Shown piece by piece: positions 34,810-46,113 of a stretch of 46,483 nt of DNA. The notes below the pieces were generated by a model. The model was not told where the DNA came from. It made no database searches and saw nothing but the letters and a program-made list of their open reading frames with translations. The stretch is taken from contig ML002294.1 of assembly GCA_003614675.1 (NCBI GenBank), forward strand, positions 1 to 46,483, given 5' to 3'. A program made the translations under genes and the position numbers. This DNA is from Dimargaris cristalligena (Eukaryota). Positions within the stretch are counted from its first letter, which is position 1. Each line of letters opens with the position of its first letter.

Positions 34810-35804
34810 TAATACAACCTGAGTTGTTTAGCGTGTAAGCTACCTAATAGCTACTTCCTCCGTTTTGTTAACATTTGGCAATGTGCGCCCACCCAGCTTT
34901 TCCATCTACTGTGCTAGAAGGGGGAATCGGATAAGCAATTATTATTAAAATTATACACCTAACCCTTTATTTTGGAGTTCCCCATTTTCCGCGAGGCTGT
35001 TTCGGTTGGGGAGGCTTTACCAATTTTATTGGCCTTTCGTTCTGAGAATCTTAAACACACGGATCCTCCGTTTTGTTTATTACCTCATGGCTATAACATG
35101 ACCTATCTCGCCCCTCTCTCCATTTATCTCATTTTGGCATTTGGTATTTTACTTCATCACTGTGCCACCACATTATATAGTTTGAAAAGAGTTCAACCCA
35201 CTATATTTTTGCACTCTTTTTGTTGTTGTTGGATTTCCTTGCACTCTGCGACCTCGTTTTACCATCGCTTCTCTGTCATCGGCTTATCGCCATTTTCTTT
35301 ATACCTCTTCACTACCTGGGTCGCTCGCCTCACATGTAATCCATTCAGATATTTAAGAATCGATCCCAATCTCGGTTTAATAATAAACATATACATATAT
35401 TCAAGATGGAGAATGGCCGCGTAAGTCTAGTAAGTTAGATCAGCTCCTATTTAACCAGCACTATATCACTAAGGAGTAAACGATAAATTGGTGTCAAAAT
35501 AAATATAAAATAGCTAGATTCGATTGTCCAAAAGCAATGTATGCAGATTTTATTGACTCTAGATCGGGGATATATTCGGTAGTTCGTGAAAGGAAAGAAG
35601 CGGGGTGTCCAGCTAATATAACACATGATAAATTAAGATACGCGAGTAGATTTTCAACATGGCATTGGCAAATAATCTATATTTAAGAACATTGCTATCA
35701 GCACCCCCCGGATATAACCATATACATATATAGGTAACGTAGTGACAGTATTCGGGAACCTTACTGAAGAATTGTCCTCCCCCCCGTCCCCTGACAAACC
35801 CACC

Positions 35805-38619
35805 TTAGTCAATCTCGGTGAGTTTGCCAATCACGCTTTGCTTTAACCCAATGAACGCCAACTCACTCAAATGCTCCAGCGGACCTTCGGCATGGACGTA
35901 ATCCCGGATTAATTCGGCCCGTTTCTTGCCAATCCCCTTAAGGCCCATGATGACCCGTAGGTCCGCCTGGTTCAGGATCGCTAGCACATCGGTGGTACTA
36001 CGGTGCGTTTTCCGCGGGGCTGGGTCTGAGGGGGGTGGTGAGTGATCAAGGTCGTCATGGTGGTGGGGGTGGCTATCACCATCCTGTGGGAGTAGTTGGG
36101 GGGCGTGGGTGATATTGAGGAATGGGGGCCGGGGGTCTTCGTCCATGCTCATGGGGGTTAGATCCATAAGGGATCGGCCCACGGTGGGGCCATCATTCTC
36201 AGCCGGCCCCTTGGCGCCAGGGGCAGTGGTAGCGGTAGCGACCGTTGTACCGAGTGGTGGAGTCCTGGACGCGTTGGAATGTTGAACGGATGTCCGGTCC
36301 TTACCGCTATTACCCCTTGGACGGCCGGGTTTGGTCAAAATATTAGGTCGTGTGGTAGCGAAAAGGGAGGTTGAGGTAGTGGTGGGGACAGGTTTTGCCG
36401 TAGTCGTAGAAGTGGTAGAGGCAGTGGCAGCGACAGCGGCCGATCGTCCTGCGGGTTCGGCGGCAGCCATGAGTCGATGGAGGAGAGGAATATCAGCTGA
36501 ACTCGTCCGATTTGGTTTCGCGGGATCCAAAGAGCTACGCTGGGCCGGTGGTATTGGGGGAGATAAGACGACCGCATTGGTGACCGTGGTACAGTGTGAA
36601 GTCAATGGCGTATCCGGAATCAGAGCCTCGTTCGAACCAGTTAATAGCCCGTGTTTTTTCTTCATTTTTTGGATATATTTAAGTAATGTATTCCGGTCGG
36701 GCACAAACTCGACGGCCCGTTCGAAATGGCTCAGCGCCTCATCGATTTTACCCTGTTTTTCGAGGAGTTTGCCCCGTTTCACGTAGGCCCGCGCATTCTT
36801 GTGTTTAGTCATGGGACTGAGGAGGTCGAGTATCCCTTCGCTACTAGTCTGACTGGCCAGCCGTTTTTCCAGAAGGGCCAGGCGCTCCTGAATGGTCGGG
36901 AGGTCGGAAGACGCCATGCTTTGGGCATCACCAACCATCGTATCGGAGGCTGTCGGATTAGCCCGGGACGGCGCTGGAGTCGGCTGGAGAACCCGCTGGC
37001 GTTTCAGTTCTTTGACTTTCTTTTCCATGATTTGTTCGACCCGAGACTCGAGTTCGGCTTCGAAGTCAGCCAAGTTACGACCCATTAAGTACGGCTGCGC
37101 CGCTGAAGCCCCCCGGGCGATCCCGCCGGCACTAATCCGGGTGGGGAGAGGACGGTCACCGGATAATCGGTGCGCTCGGGCGGGTAGAGCGCCTGGTTTA
37201 GCCGCTTTGTTCCGGGCGATTAAGCCGGGCGGGGCACCATCCGAATGATGTCGGGGTCGTTTACGAACCGGATCGGAGTTTTCATCGCCCCGTTGGGCCC
37301 GACCCAGCCCCACCGCTCCCCGTTTCAACTCCACCGCCCGGTCCGGGTTGTTAGTAGCGGGTTGGGCGAATTCGTGAACCTGCGTCTTGTTGACAATTTG
37401 TTTCGATTTGGTTGCGAAATTTAACGTATTGTAAGTATCCACAAAAAATTTCTGGCCGGGGGCGACATTAACGATCATCATACCCAAACTCCGGCCGCCC
37501 AGGGACGACTGGAGAATGCGAGTCATTTTAGAGTCCCGGTACGGAATACGATGGGCGCCGGAATTAAGGGCCTCCACCACCTGGCCTAGCACGAACAACG
37601 ACTTGTTGATGGCGCCGCTCTCGGCCATGCGGTCTTTGCCGTTTTCGGTCCGCCGGTTGTCTTCGGAACCGGCGAGATCAATCAGATGCACGCGGCCGCG
37701 GAGAGTAGTGTTCTTCAGGGGATCATCCCAGTGGATTTGGACGGTCAGGACCGCGTGGGAACGACTGGAGGCTACGTTTAGTTTGGTACTGGCGGTGGAT
37801 CGGTTCTTGCAAGCGGTGGCGAAGTATTTTTGGAATTCGGCGTAGGAGGAGATGGACTGTTCAGTAAGGTTGGGAACAAATATGTTGTGGTTGGCATCTT
37901 CCCGGATAGGCAGACCCGAGGACTAGAGGCAGGGAAAGGGCATTAGGTGGGAGATGAGCGACATGAGTGAGACGGAGACGATGGCCAAAGGAAGGGATAG
38001 ACTTAGACTAGGGGATATGCCAGATTAATTGCGCTTGAATGAACCTACCAGGATGACAAGATATACAAATGCCCACACTTACATTTTGGGTCTCCCGGGG
38101 GACTAATAGATCGAACACGGCTTCTTTGTAAATCTCAAAGTACGTGAAACTGACCACGTACTTGAGCTTGTTCCTCATCTTACGGTTGGCGAACAGGTAC
38201 TCAATGGTCCGGGGTATCAGCCCCGGATTCGAATTATCGCCCTGGATGGTATGCGTTTTGCCCGCCCCGGTCACTCCGTAACAAAAGATGGTGGCATCCA
38301 GGCCCTGGTAAGCCTCGTCCACCAACGGCCGAACGTTCCTTTGGAAAATATCGCATTGGTTGGCGGTGGCGGCGTAGCAGGCATCGAAATGGTACATGAA
38401 CACTTCGTCGGGGTTGCGCTGGTTGACGATCTTGATGGTCCGGTCGGCGGTGACAATACAGTCATCGGCCTGTTCCTGCGGGAGGAAGGGCCGCACCCGG
38501 CAGAGAATCTTGATTTTGTGGTGGTTGGCCGAACGGGGGGAGGAGTCGGCACCGGCTTTTTCGGAACCAGTGGATTCGCGGGGGCGCGGCCGCTTTTTAG
38601 ACCCATTAGGAAGGGACAT
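35805..38619 (-). CDS. Kinesin-10 / Kid (KIF22)-like chromokinesin with C-terminal helix-hairpin-helix, about 884 aa, 2 exons
   Basis: Exons 38619-38083 and 37922-35805. Motor motifs CRVRPF, FCYGVTGAGKTHT, FEIYKE..FDLL, LPIREDA, SSRSHA, LIDLAGSEDNRRTENGKDRMAESGAINKSLFVLGQVVEALN, IPYRDSKMTRILQ.SLGG; C-terminal HhH LNQADLRVIMGLKGIGKKRAELI. The DLAGSEDNRRT motif plus HhH is characteristic of KIF22. Confidence 0.9.
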
Positions 38620-39559
38620 GGCTAAGGATGTGGGTGGGTTGAGGTAAAAGGGAATCTCCACCAATGAGGGATTATATACAGTGGCGAATGGTCCCTAAGG
38701 GTAATAAGTAGTAAGAAACCAGAAGAAAAAATAGAAAGTTAATAATGTAGCCAAGACGAAGGAGTGTGAGGAAGGTAATCGATAGGAAAGACGGCGTCCA
38801 TGAATGTTGGTGAATGCGAGGACTGGTAGTTGGAAAAAGAAATAGTGTATTTATATAGATATAGATATATTTATCGGACTGCACGCGTTCAGGGGGCATT
38901 AAGGGAGCGGAGTACTAAGGGGAGTCGACGGAGTGTGAAATGATCCAGCTCTCATTTTTGGGGGGTTTTCTAAGGGGGAGGAGGGGACCGCAATTTGTCA
39001 CCAGTATTACTCGATATGAAATGAACTAGGTTTAAGCTTACACTAATTTAACGGTGTTGCCGTCGGTTATACGAGGTGCCAACGACGAACAAGTCATCAA
39101 TACACCCTCCACGACTGGATGTGTGGTCCAACCAATTTGGTTTGATTTGGATGAAAATCAGCACAACTGCGTATAGCTTGGAAAGAAATGGGAATAATAC
39201 TAATGTCGGTGGGATTTTTTTGGACCAGTCAAGTCAGTTTAATCGCAACTGGATTTTTCAGTATACAGCAGATCGGAACCTATCCCACGTTGGAAGGCAA
39301 AGGTCCATCACTGATGAAAATTATACGTTAACATGATCAGGCAACATCTATCCGAAAAAGTAGCCCCCAATAAGAGGTGGACTATAACCAACGGTTTATA
39401 TGCCCAGCCATATACCAGTTGCTAGTGGAAAATATTAGATAGTAAATTCTGCCAATTATATTTTCAGGATACATTAGAAATCAGAGAGGTACATCCACAG
39501 GTCGCACTATTTACAATAGATTCATTAGCCAAACTATTTCAATAAAGAATGAAACGGGG

Positions 39560-39581
39560 TATATATATATATATATATATA
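39560..39581. repeat. (TA)11 microsatellite at the left edge of repeat copy 3
   Basis: Perfect dinucleotide run read directly. Confidence 0.95.
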
Positions 39582-40202
39582 CATTTACAATCAGCTATAT
39601 CACAGCAATACTAAGTAAGCACACGGCCTTTGGCAAATTAGATAGCGGGAATCCCAATCAATTGGAATACCAGCTATAAATAGAGCTATACGTGTTGCTA
39701 ATCTAAAATTAAATGAAGTCGGAAAGAAAACACTGATAAGCTAATGTGTGGACTATTTGCAGTTTCCGGCATCTAATTCATTAAAACTGTCTGAAGGTGC
39801 AATCAATCTAGACAATATAAAAAATATATCTAGCTGGCATACCGACTAAGTCTGGGTATTTCAGATGTTAGTATAACCGTTTCATCAAGCCAGTCCAGTA
39901 TTTCTTATTGAAACCAAACAAAGAATTTTATCCAAACCCCCCACTTTATCCATATCGCCACAGCGGCATTATCATAAAAGTTGAAAAACCCTAACCAACA
40001 GCTTTATCGCTGGTCTTTAACCAAAGTCAATTTCGAGCCATTTTTATACCTACCAACTTAGAATTTATCTCCTAAACGACATTTCCGTTTCATAAAATGA
40101 TTTCCCATCGAAATCAATTAGGAATCATTAAACGATATTGCACTGATAATTTATTAAAATTACATTTAACCTACTCTTTAGCAGGCACCACGGAGATTTG
40201 GG

Positions 40203-40421
40203 TCACTCAGTGGCTGTAATATTGCCAGTCTGGCCCGCTCCGGTGAGGGTGGTCTTCCGGTAAAATGCTGGGTAATTCCTCTGAATAAAGGGAGGATTCC
40301 CAGTTGCACCCTGGCTGGGGTAACTATATTGTTTAAGGTCCTGCATTGTTTTAGGGGACGGCCTGTATTCATTAATACAGGCTGTCAAATTATTTAGGGA
40401 AATGGCCCTAGGTTTGGCCAT
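40203..40421 (-). CDS. Hypothetical 72-aa microprotein, copy 3 (intact ORF)
   Basis: MAKPRAISLNNLTACINEYRPSPKTMQDLKQYSYPSQGATGNPPFIQRNYPAFYRKTTLTGAGQTGNITATE*. 39/72 identical to copy 1 by hand count. The TATA position is altered to TATATTAG; AATAAA at 40150-40155. Confidence 0.45.
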   Translation of the reverse strand: MAKPRAISLNNLTACINEYRPSPKTMQDLKQYSYPSQGATGNPPFIQRNYPAFYRKTTLTGAGQTGNITATE

Positions 40422-41072
40422 TTGAATAGTGAGTAAGCACACTAAATCAATGTAAGGCAGATATAGAAAAAATACATTGAAAGTTTGAAGTAGTGTGGGG
40501 TCGCATTGAACTCATAATCATTGTATGAAATTTTTTAAGGAGGGCCTCCATCAAGGCTAATATACCCAATACAGCCAATGGGTAAGTCAGCCATGTGGGG
40601 CAGAAGATGCCCCATCAAACCTCCCAATGCTGTCCATTTGATAGACCTATTCCATACTGCCACTAGGGGAACAATATGTTTATTCATGATTTGTACTCGG
40701 AATATAATAAGGGCTGGTTACCATACCAAGGTGCTCCCTTTGTTGCCTCTTCAATGCAATTCATGAATGACTACTGCTATTATATATGCATTATAATGGC
40801 TGCTTAGCTATAGTTTGACACAATACACTGGGGAAGTCTGAAGCCACACCTTGCAGCATCCATTCTTGGTTTAGGGCCAGGACCAACTCTTGTCTGGAGG
40901 CTTCTACAAAATCTAATATCCACAATGATAATACAGAAAAATATGCCCTGTAAATCTGGGTCTATTTTCACATGAGGGTGAGATCAGACCTGCTGTGATG
41001 GGTAGGCCTTGCTAAATGACTTGTTTATGGATAATACAACCCTAATGGTCATTTAAATACACTAATAATGGG

Positions 41073-41660
41073 TGTTGGCCCTCCTAATCCTACCTAAATC
41101 TAGACTTAATAATTGACCATCCCTATTTAGCTTTATCACACCATATTAACCCTCCCATAGTCACCCCTGGTACTATAGGACCACCATCTATTATATAACC
41201 CTCCTCCAACTGGGCCCCCAACACTTCACGCAAAACACTTAGCCAGCTAATCCAAATGACTCTTCCAGTTCCTATAAGAGTCTTCCAGGTACCTAGCTAT
41301 CCAGCCAGACTCTTTGCCTACCTATACCTAGTTTTAGTAGTATTCCCCTTAGGACTTCCTGTTGAAGTTGTCCCTGTACATATATAACTGGGCCCCACTG
41401 GGACCAGTTGGTTTCCTTAGCTTATTCTTACCCCCTGTAGTTTACCCTAATAAACTCTATATACACTTATCCCTCATACTAACTAGTAAATGTGCCCACT
41501 GTATGTCCCTTACATAAACTGATTACTTAAAGCCTTTATTAGTTAGTACTGTGCCCACCCTAATACTAGTAGCCCTCTTGGCTGAGTCTAAGCCCCACCT
41601 ACTATAAGAAGCCTATCCTCGGGACTCTTGATAGACTAAGAGTAGTTAACCCAGATAATA
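41073..41660 (+). mobile_element. Solo LTR of an LTR retrotransposon (588 bp) with 5-bp TSD ATGGG
   Basis: Absent from the homologous site in copy 1 (actaacaATGGGcccagcgag at about 24956). Flanked by ATGGG at 41068-41072 and 41661-41665. Begins TGTTG and ends TAATA (CAACA after two C->T changes). Internal TATATAA at about 41381 and AATAAA at about 41449. A second copy starts at 46114. Orientation is inferred from the TATA/polyA order. Confidence 0.85.
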
Positions 41661-43146
41661 ATGGGCCAGTGAATCCTTATCCTATTGGTTTACCTAGCAA
41701 TCCAATAGTTGTAGTTAGGTCATGGTATAGCAAACACCACTTGCTGTAGCCCTATTAAGAAGGGCAAAGCTTCTTGACCTATGGTGATGCACTATAATCA
41801 TAGATGAACTAAGAGTCCCTGATAACTATAATAGTACAAGAGGGATAAATATTATACTTTCAACTGCTAGTGTTATAATTTGGCACCTATTAGTATCAGA
41901 CAAGGGAATAGTAAATCTGAATGGTGAATAGTACAATAGCTGTGCCATGCTTTCATGAATTTCAAATTATGCTAGTATTCTGAGACAGTCTTACTGGCAT
42001 TATTAGCATGTCTTGCCAGAATAGTGCTACATCTTCTGGATTGTAGGTAAGTAATGGTGATATTATTAAGTCAGATAGGTGCCATCCCACAGTTATTATT
42101 CAATTGCTTTGTTGGTACCTTCTCCCCCACTGGGATGCCTACAAGAAAACTTTTAGAGTAACAGGCGGGCCTTTACCAGATAATAGCCAAGATCCAAAAG
42201 TAAGATGGTGCATGTTGAGATGAAAGCCAATATGTAATAGTCTGGGCTAACTTCTCGGGCTGTTACTGTTAGCAACCATAATCCCAAAGGACATTCCCAG
42301 TTATGGGTGCAGCTAACATCTATTCACCTACTAGGCTTTTAGACAACTGGCCTAGTTCTACACCCAATTGCCATCATTGTCATTTTATAATTGCCTATAC
42401 CACATTTGGAATGGAAGTCATGCATAATGACTACTTCAAGACTAGCTAGCTAGACCCTCAATCACTGGTCATATTATAGCATAAAATACACACTTACTTA
42501 AGCAGATGTAATAATGGGGTGGGGGTAGTGCTAGCCGCCTACTGAATCTACCTATTAATAGTGAGCATGTGTTGTGATATGGTAAACCTAGTGCTGTTCC
42601 ATGAGGGTCAGAACTCGCCATTCTTTCACCAATACCTGCCTATTCTTAAATCAAACCTCTGAGCGGGAGTCTACTATCTTTCTGGTCAGAAATAGGCTCT
42701 TATTGATTCTTCTTTCAAACTGTTGAATAACAAAACATTACATAGTGGTGATCACAAGCCAATACCTATATTATTGGAGGCCTCCCACCTCTTGGTCTAG
42801 TTGAGTACGATTTGGCCCGACTCTAAGAATTTACATAATATGCACACGGAGAAGTAGGCAGGAGACTAACTATAAGCCAGTAGTGCTTACCTCTTTCATC
42901 GTTTTTTTGTCGTACAGTCTAGTTGAACCTCTCCTATATGGTTTTACCTATGCTCGTGTAGTGCTCTAATCTATGATGGCTGAGGATAGTATGGTAGAAC
43001 GAATGAAAAATGTCACCAGGAGTACTTTATTGGTATATGAAATATGTTACCATTTAGTTAAATCATAAATAAGTTGGTCGTGGGCTAGCAGCAATATAAA
43101 AGATTTAGCCGAAAGCCTATATTATTATGTGTCATCAGTTTATTGT

Positions 43147-43924
43147 TTAAGCCAACTCAATTAGCCGCCTAAGCCCCAGTAGCCACTTGCCCTCGGTTTC
43201 GACATAGTGTTGCATAAGGGGGAGGAACAGTCTGCTGGCTTCGTCGTTCTTACCAGCCTCCAGCGCTAATTTGATGGAATAATAACAATAATAAACACAG
43301 CACGCATTAGTAAGGGGTATATAATAACGAGTGGGTACCATTTAAGTACGAACGAAATGCACGAACTGAGCCATAAAAAGATGGGGTGGTTGAGGCCTTA
43401 GACCTAACAACAACCCCGATTCTGGGGGAGGGGAAGGGTTATGATTGGGAAAGTGAGGGGGGAATTCGTTTAGAGACGGGTGGGGGGAACTTACCTGTTA
43501 CAATGTTAGTTAGCTCTAACAGAACCGGCTGGGCGACTTGGTCTTCCTTCAAACGGGCGAAAAGCAGGTCCATTTTCTTTGTGGCGTCCTCAAGCTTACG
43601 TTTATCCATACCCTGCAGCTCTTTGGCCCGGAGGGTTTGGAGCAGCCGCTCGATACTGGCCTGAGCATCCTCTTTGGCAATGGGGGTCACTTCTTCAGGC
43701 TCAAGGGCTGCTGCTGCGGCCTTAGCATTACCCTTGGCCTTAGTCTCAGCGGTGGTTGGGGGCGAGTCTTCGTTGGTGGTGGTTTTCTTGGGGTCTTTGG
43801 GGGGAGCTCCGGCTTTGGGCGGCTGGGGCTTGAAAATGGCCTTGGGGGGATCGTTCCAATGGCCCTTGGCGGCGTGATGATCACCACGGAAGTCGGTGTA
43901 TTTCGGTAAGTCGGTGACGGTCAT
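43147..43924 (-). CDS. SRA1 (steroid receptor RNA activator protein)/Sec31-C-terminal-like protein, about 182 aa, 2 exons
   Basis: Exons 43924-43495 and 43265-43147 join in frame (G|CG). N-terminal GHWNDPP motif and a C-terminal helical domain (KRKLEDATKKMDLLFARL...GKWLLGLRRLIELA) match the SRA1/Sec31 family as I recall it. Confidence 0.8.
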
Positions 43925-44811
43925 GCTGAAAATAAAGAGGGGGACGTAACGAAATGCAACAATCAGGTAAAACTAGCCGCTAAGGTAGTGGGCCTAACCA
44001 ATGGGAAACAAAAGCGTACAAGGGGTGTGAGGGAAAGAATAAAAACTATAAATAGAGACGTAAAAAAGGTTTGCAGTGGACAAGCTGAGTTATAATATAA
44101 GCAGTTTGGTGGAAAAGTTATTAAGACAACTAGGTCTGAAGGTATAGAAAATTATTGGAGGGAAAGGGAGGGAGGGAGGCGAGGCGACCGAAACCTTTAG
44201 ATGTCTCAGACCAGGTCGCGCTGCACCTGCTCTTTATTCACTTTAATTAATAGTGGTCGCCTTTTGGTCAGGGACATGGCGTGGGCCCCGCCGTCAAGGC
44301 GTGCGGGCGAAGCAAGAGCAAACGGCGTCCAAATTAAGAGCCAACGTGAATCGGCGAATGTTTAGAGTCTTGAAGCAGTAGGGATGTGCAGTAAGTTTGC
44401 TGAGTTCTGTGAATTCACAATATGCCCTTCGCCAATGCAAAATATCAGCAGGCATTTGTTGACAAATATGCTTATATTGATTGACGACCTGGCCGCATTG
44501 GAACATCCCGTTTGCCATAAAGCGGGAGTCTGTTATTGAACCCAACATGGAAACCCTCTCCTAACAGCTGCAACCTCGGCCCTAATTGTCATTCAAGCAC
44601 CATTTATTCTCCTGAAATGATGGATCGGCTAGGGTGATTAGGAGGGGCACTGATTTTATACTAGATGTTCGACACACTTGACGATACCGAGACCCCCTAC
44701 TTCCCTCTCTGGTGGAGGGGGATTCCTGTCATATCGTCCATCGCACTTTATTCAGTAAGGATATTATACAGTTAGTTAGGTAAACTATTCATCTAAAGCC
44801 ACGAGAATTAA

Positions 44812-45636
44812 TCAAAATTCGTCGGATCTAGCCTCGGCTGAAGGCTGATCCAAATCCAGCACCGGGGGTCGTCGGCTGGCTGGAAATTCGCTCACTTGGA
44901 GCTGGGATTGATAGCAGGCATTCTCCACCTTGAGCAGACTATCCCGCATAACCTGGACCTTCTTGGTCATTTGCGGGTGGAGACGGGGGTTAAATTCCAC
45001 AAAGGCACTGTAGAGCTGCTGGAAAAATACTCCGACGGCGTTGGCTTCATCGGCATTACCACAGGCCAGGGAGTTAATGGCATATCGCATCAGTTCCCCC
45101 GCCACGTCCGACACCCCCAGTACGTAGTCAATGGGGCCCACCGGTATATGCACGACTGGGTGCTGGGTTTCGACAGCGCCCTGCTCGGAAGCGGGGGCGG
45201 GAACGGTATCCACTCGAGTATGATTTTCCTTGCCCTGACTTTGGGCTTTCGAAAATTCGTTAAGTCTGGACTCGACCTCGGCCAAGGTAATCAGCCGTTG
45301 TTCGGCCAGGAAAACCCACAGGGCCAGCGCCTCAATATACTCCTGGAGGCCACCAGTAAAAGTGGAACCATACCGCCACCGGTTGGAACCCTGTAGTTCG
45401 GGGGCGATTTGAGCCACCGCCCGGAGAATATCGGCGTGTTTGCGCTCGGCCTCCTGGAAAATGGCAGCGCGATTGGTGGGGCTAACCCGGAGCAAATGGA
45501 AAATGAGTTTCTTGCTTTGCTGGGTAATGTCCCGGGACAGCTTGTTGATACGCTCCCGGCAGTCCTGGTGAGCGTCCATAGAATCCCGAATTCGAGTAAA
45601 CAGTTCGGGGGCAAGACCCACGGCTTTGGTGGTCAT
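44812..45636 (-). CDS. TSNAX: Translin-associated factor X (TRAX, C3PO subunit), about 274 aa, single exon
   Basis: HQDCRERINKLSRDITQQSKKLIFHLLR, GLQEYIEAL, DYVLGVSDVAGELMRYAIN, KKVQVMRDSLLKVENACY. The QExxEA and DxxGE acidic residues are TRAX-type rather than translin-type. ATG at 45636. Confidence 0.88.
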   Translation of the reverse strand: MTTKAVGLAPELFTRIRDSMDAHQDCRERINKLSRDITQQSKKLIFHLLRVSPTNRAAIFQEAERKHADILRAVAQIAPELQGSNRWRYGSTFTGGLQEYIEALALWVFLAEQRLITLAEVESRLNEFSKAQSQGKENHTRVDTVPAPASEQGAVETQHPVVHIPVGPIDYVLGVSDVAGELMRYAINSLACGNADEANAVGVFFQQLYSAFVEFNPRLHPQMTKKVQVMRDSLLKVENACYQSQLQVSEFPASRRPPVLDLDQPSAEARSDEF

Positions 45637-46113
45637 GGCACTTGGGAGGGTGGAAAGCTGAGAATGGCAAAGTGAGGTTAGGTGGAACAAAAAACTAATG
45701 TGGAGGGGAAGAAGACTGATCGTTGGAAATACACTGGAAGGCAGGTGGGTACTATTCCCTTTACCACAAAGGTGCCACAAACTGCTTAACCGACCACACT
45801 AGTAGGATCCAGAAAATATCCCATAGGTGGGTCCCTTTTTTATTTAGGTAAACAAGCTACAGTCACGGCCAGCAAAAGTGACACCCAGTCTAGGTACAAA
45901 AGAAAATAAAAAATACTTACATTTTAATTTAATGTATCTACTTGTATATAGTACCATTTATAGTAAAAATAATTATATTAGAAAGCCAGTGTAAAAGTAG
46001 AATATTTTTATTTAATACTAGATTAGACTACCCTTAGAATCAAGTATAGCCTGGATTATAATTAGTATGTTCTCAAAATATGGTACTAGGTAGGTAGTAT
46101 TAATAAATTCCCA

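Larger units (their letters stand above)
39590..42350. repeat. Copy 3 of the ~2 kb repeat unit, interrupted by a solo LTR
   Basis: Colinear with 23490-25640 on both sides of the 41073-41660 insertion. Confidence 0.85.

Noticed and set aside
7006-38619. Apparent functional clustering (ER: CDF, SERCA, Lunapark; spindle: GCP2, kinesin-10)
   Set aside because: Housekeeping genes in mixed orientation with no shared regulatory motif seen; likely coincidental.
44294-44548. 84-aa minus-strand ORF between the SRA1-like gene and TRAX
   Set aside because: Non-ATG start in the track, no motif and no codon bias.
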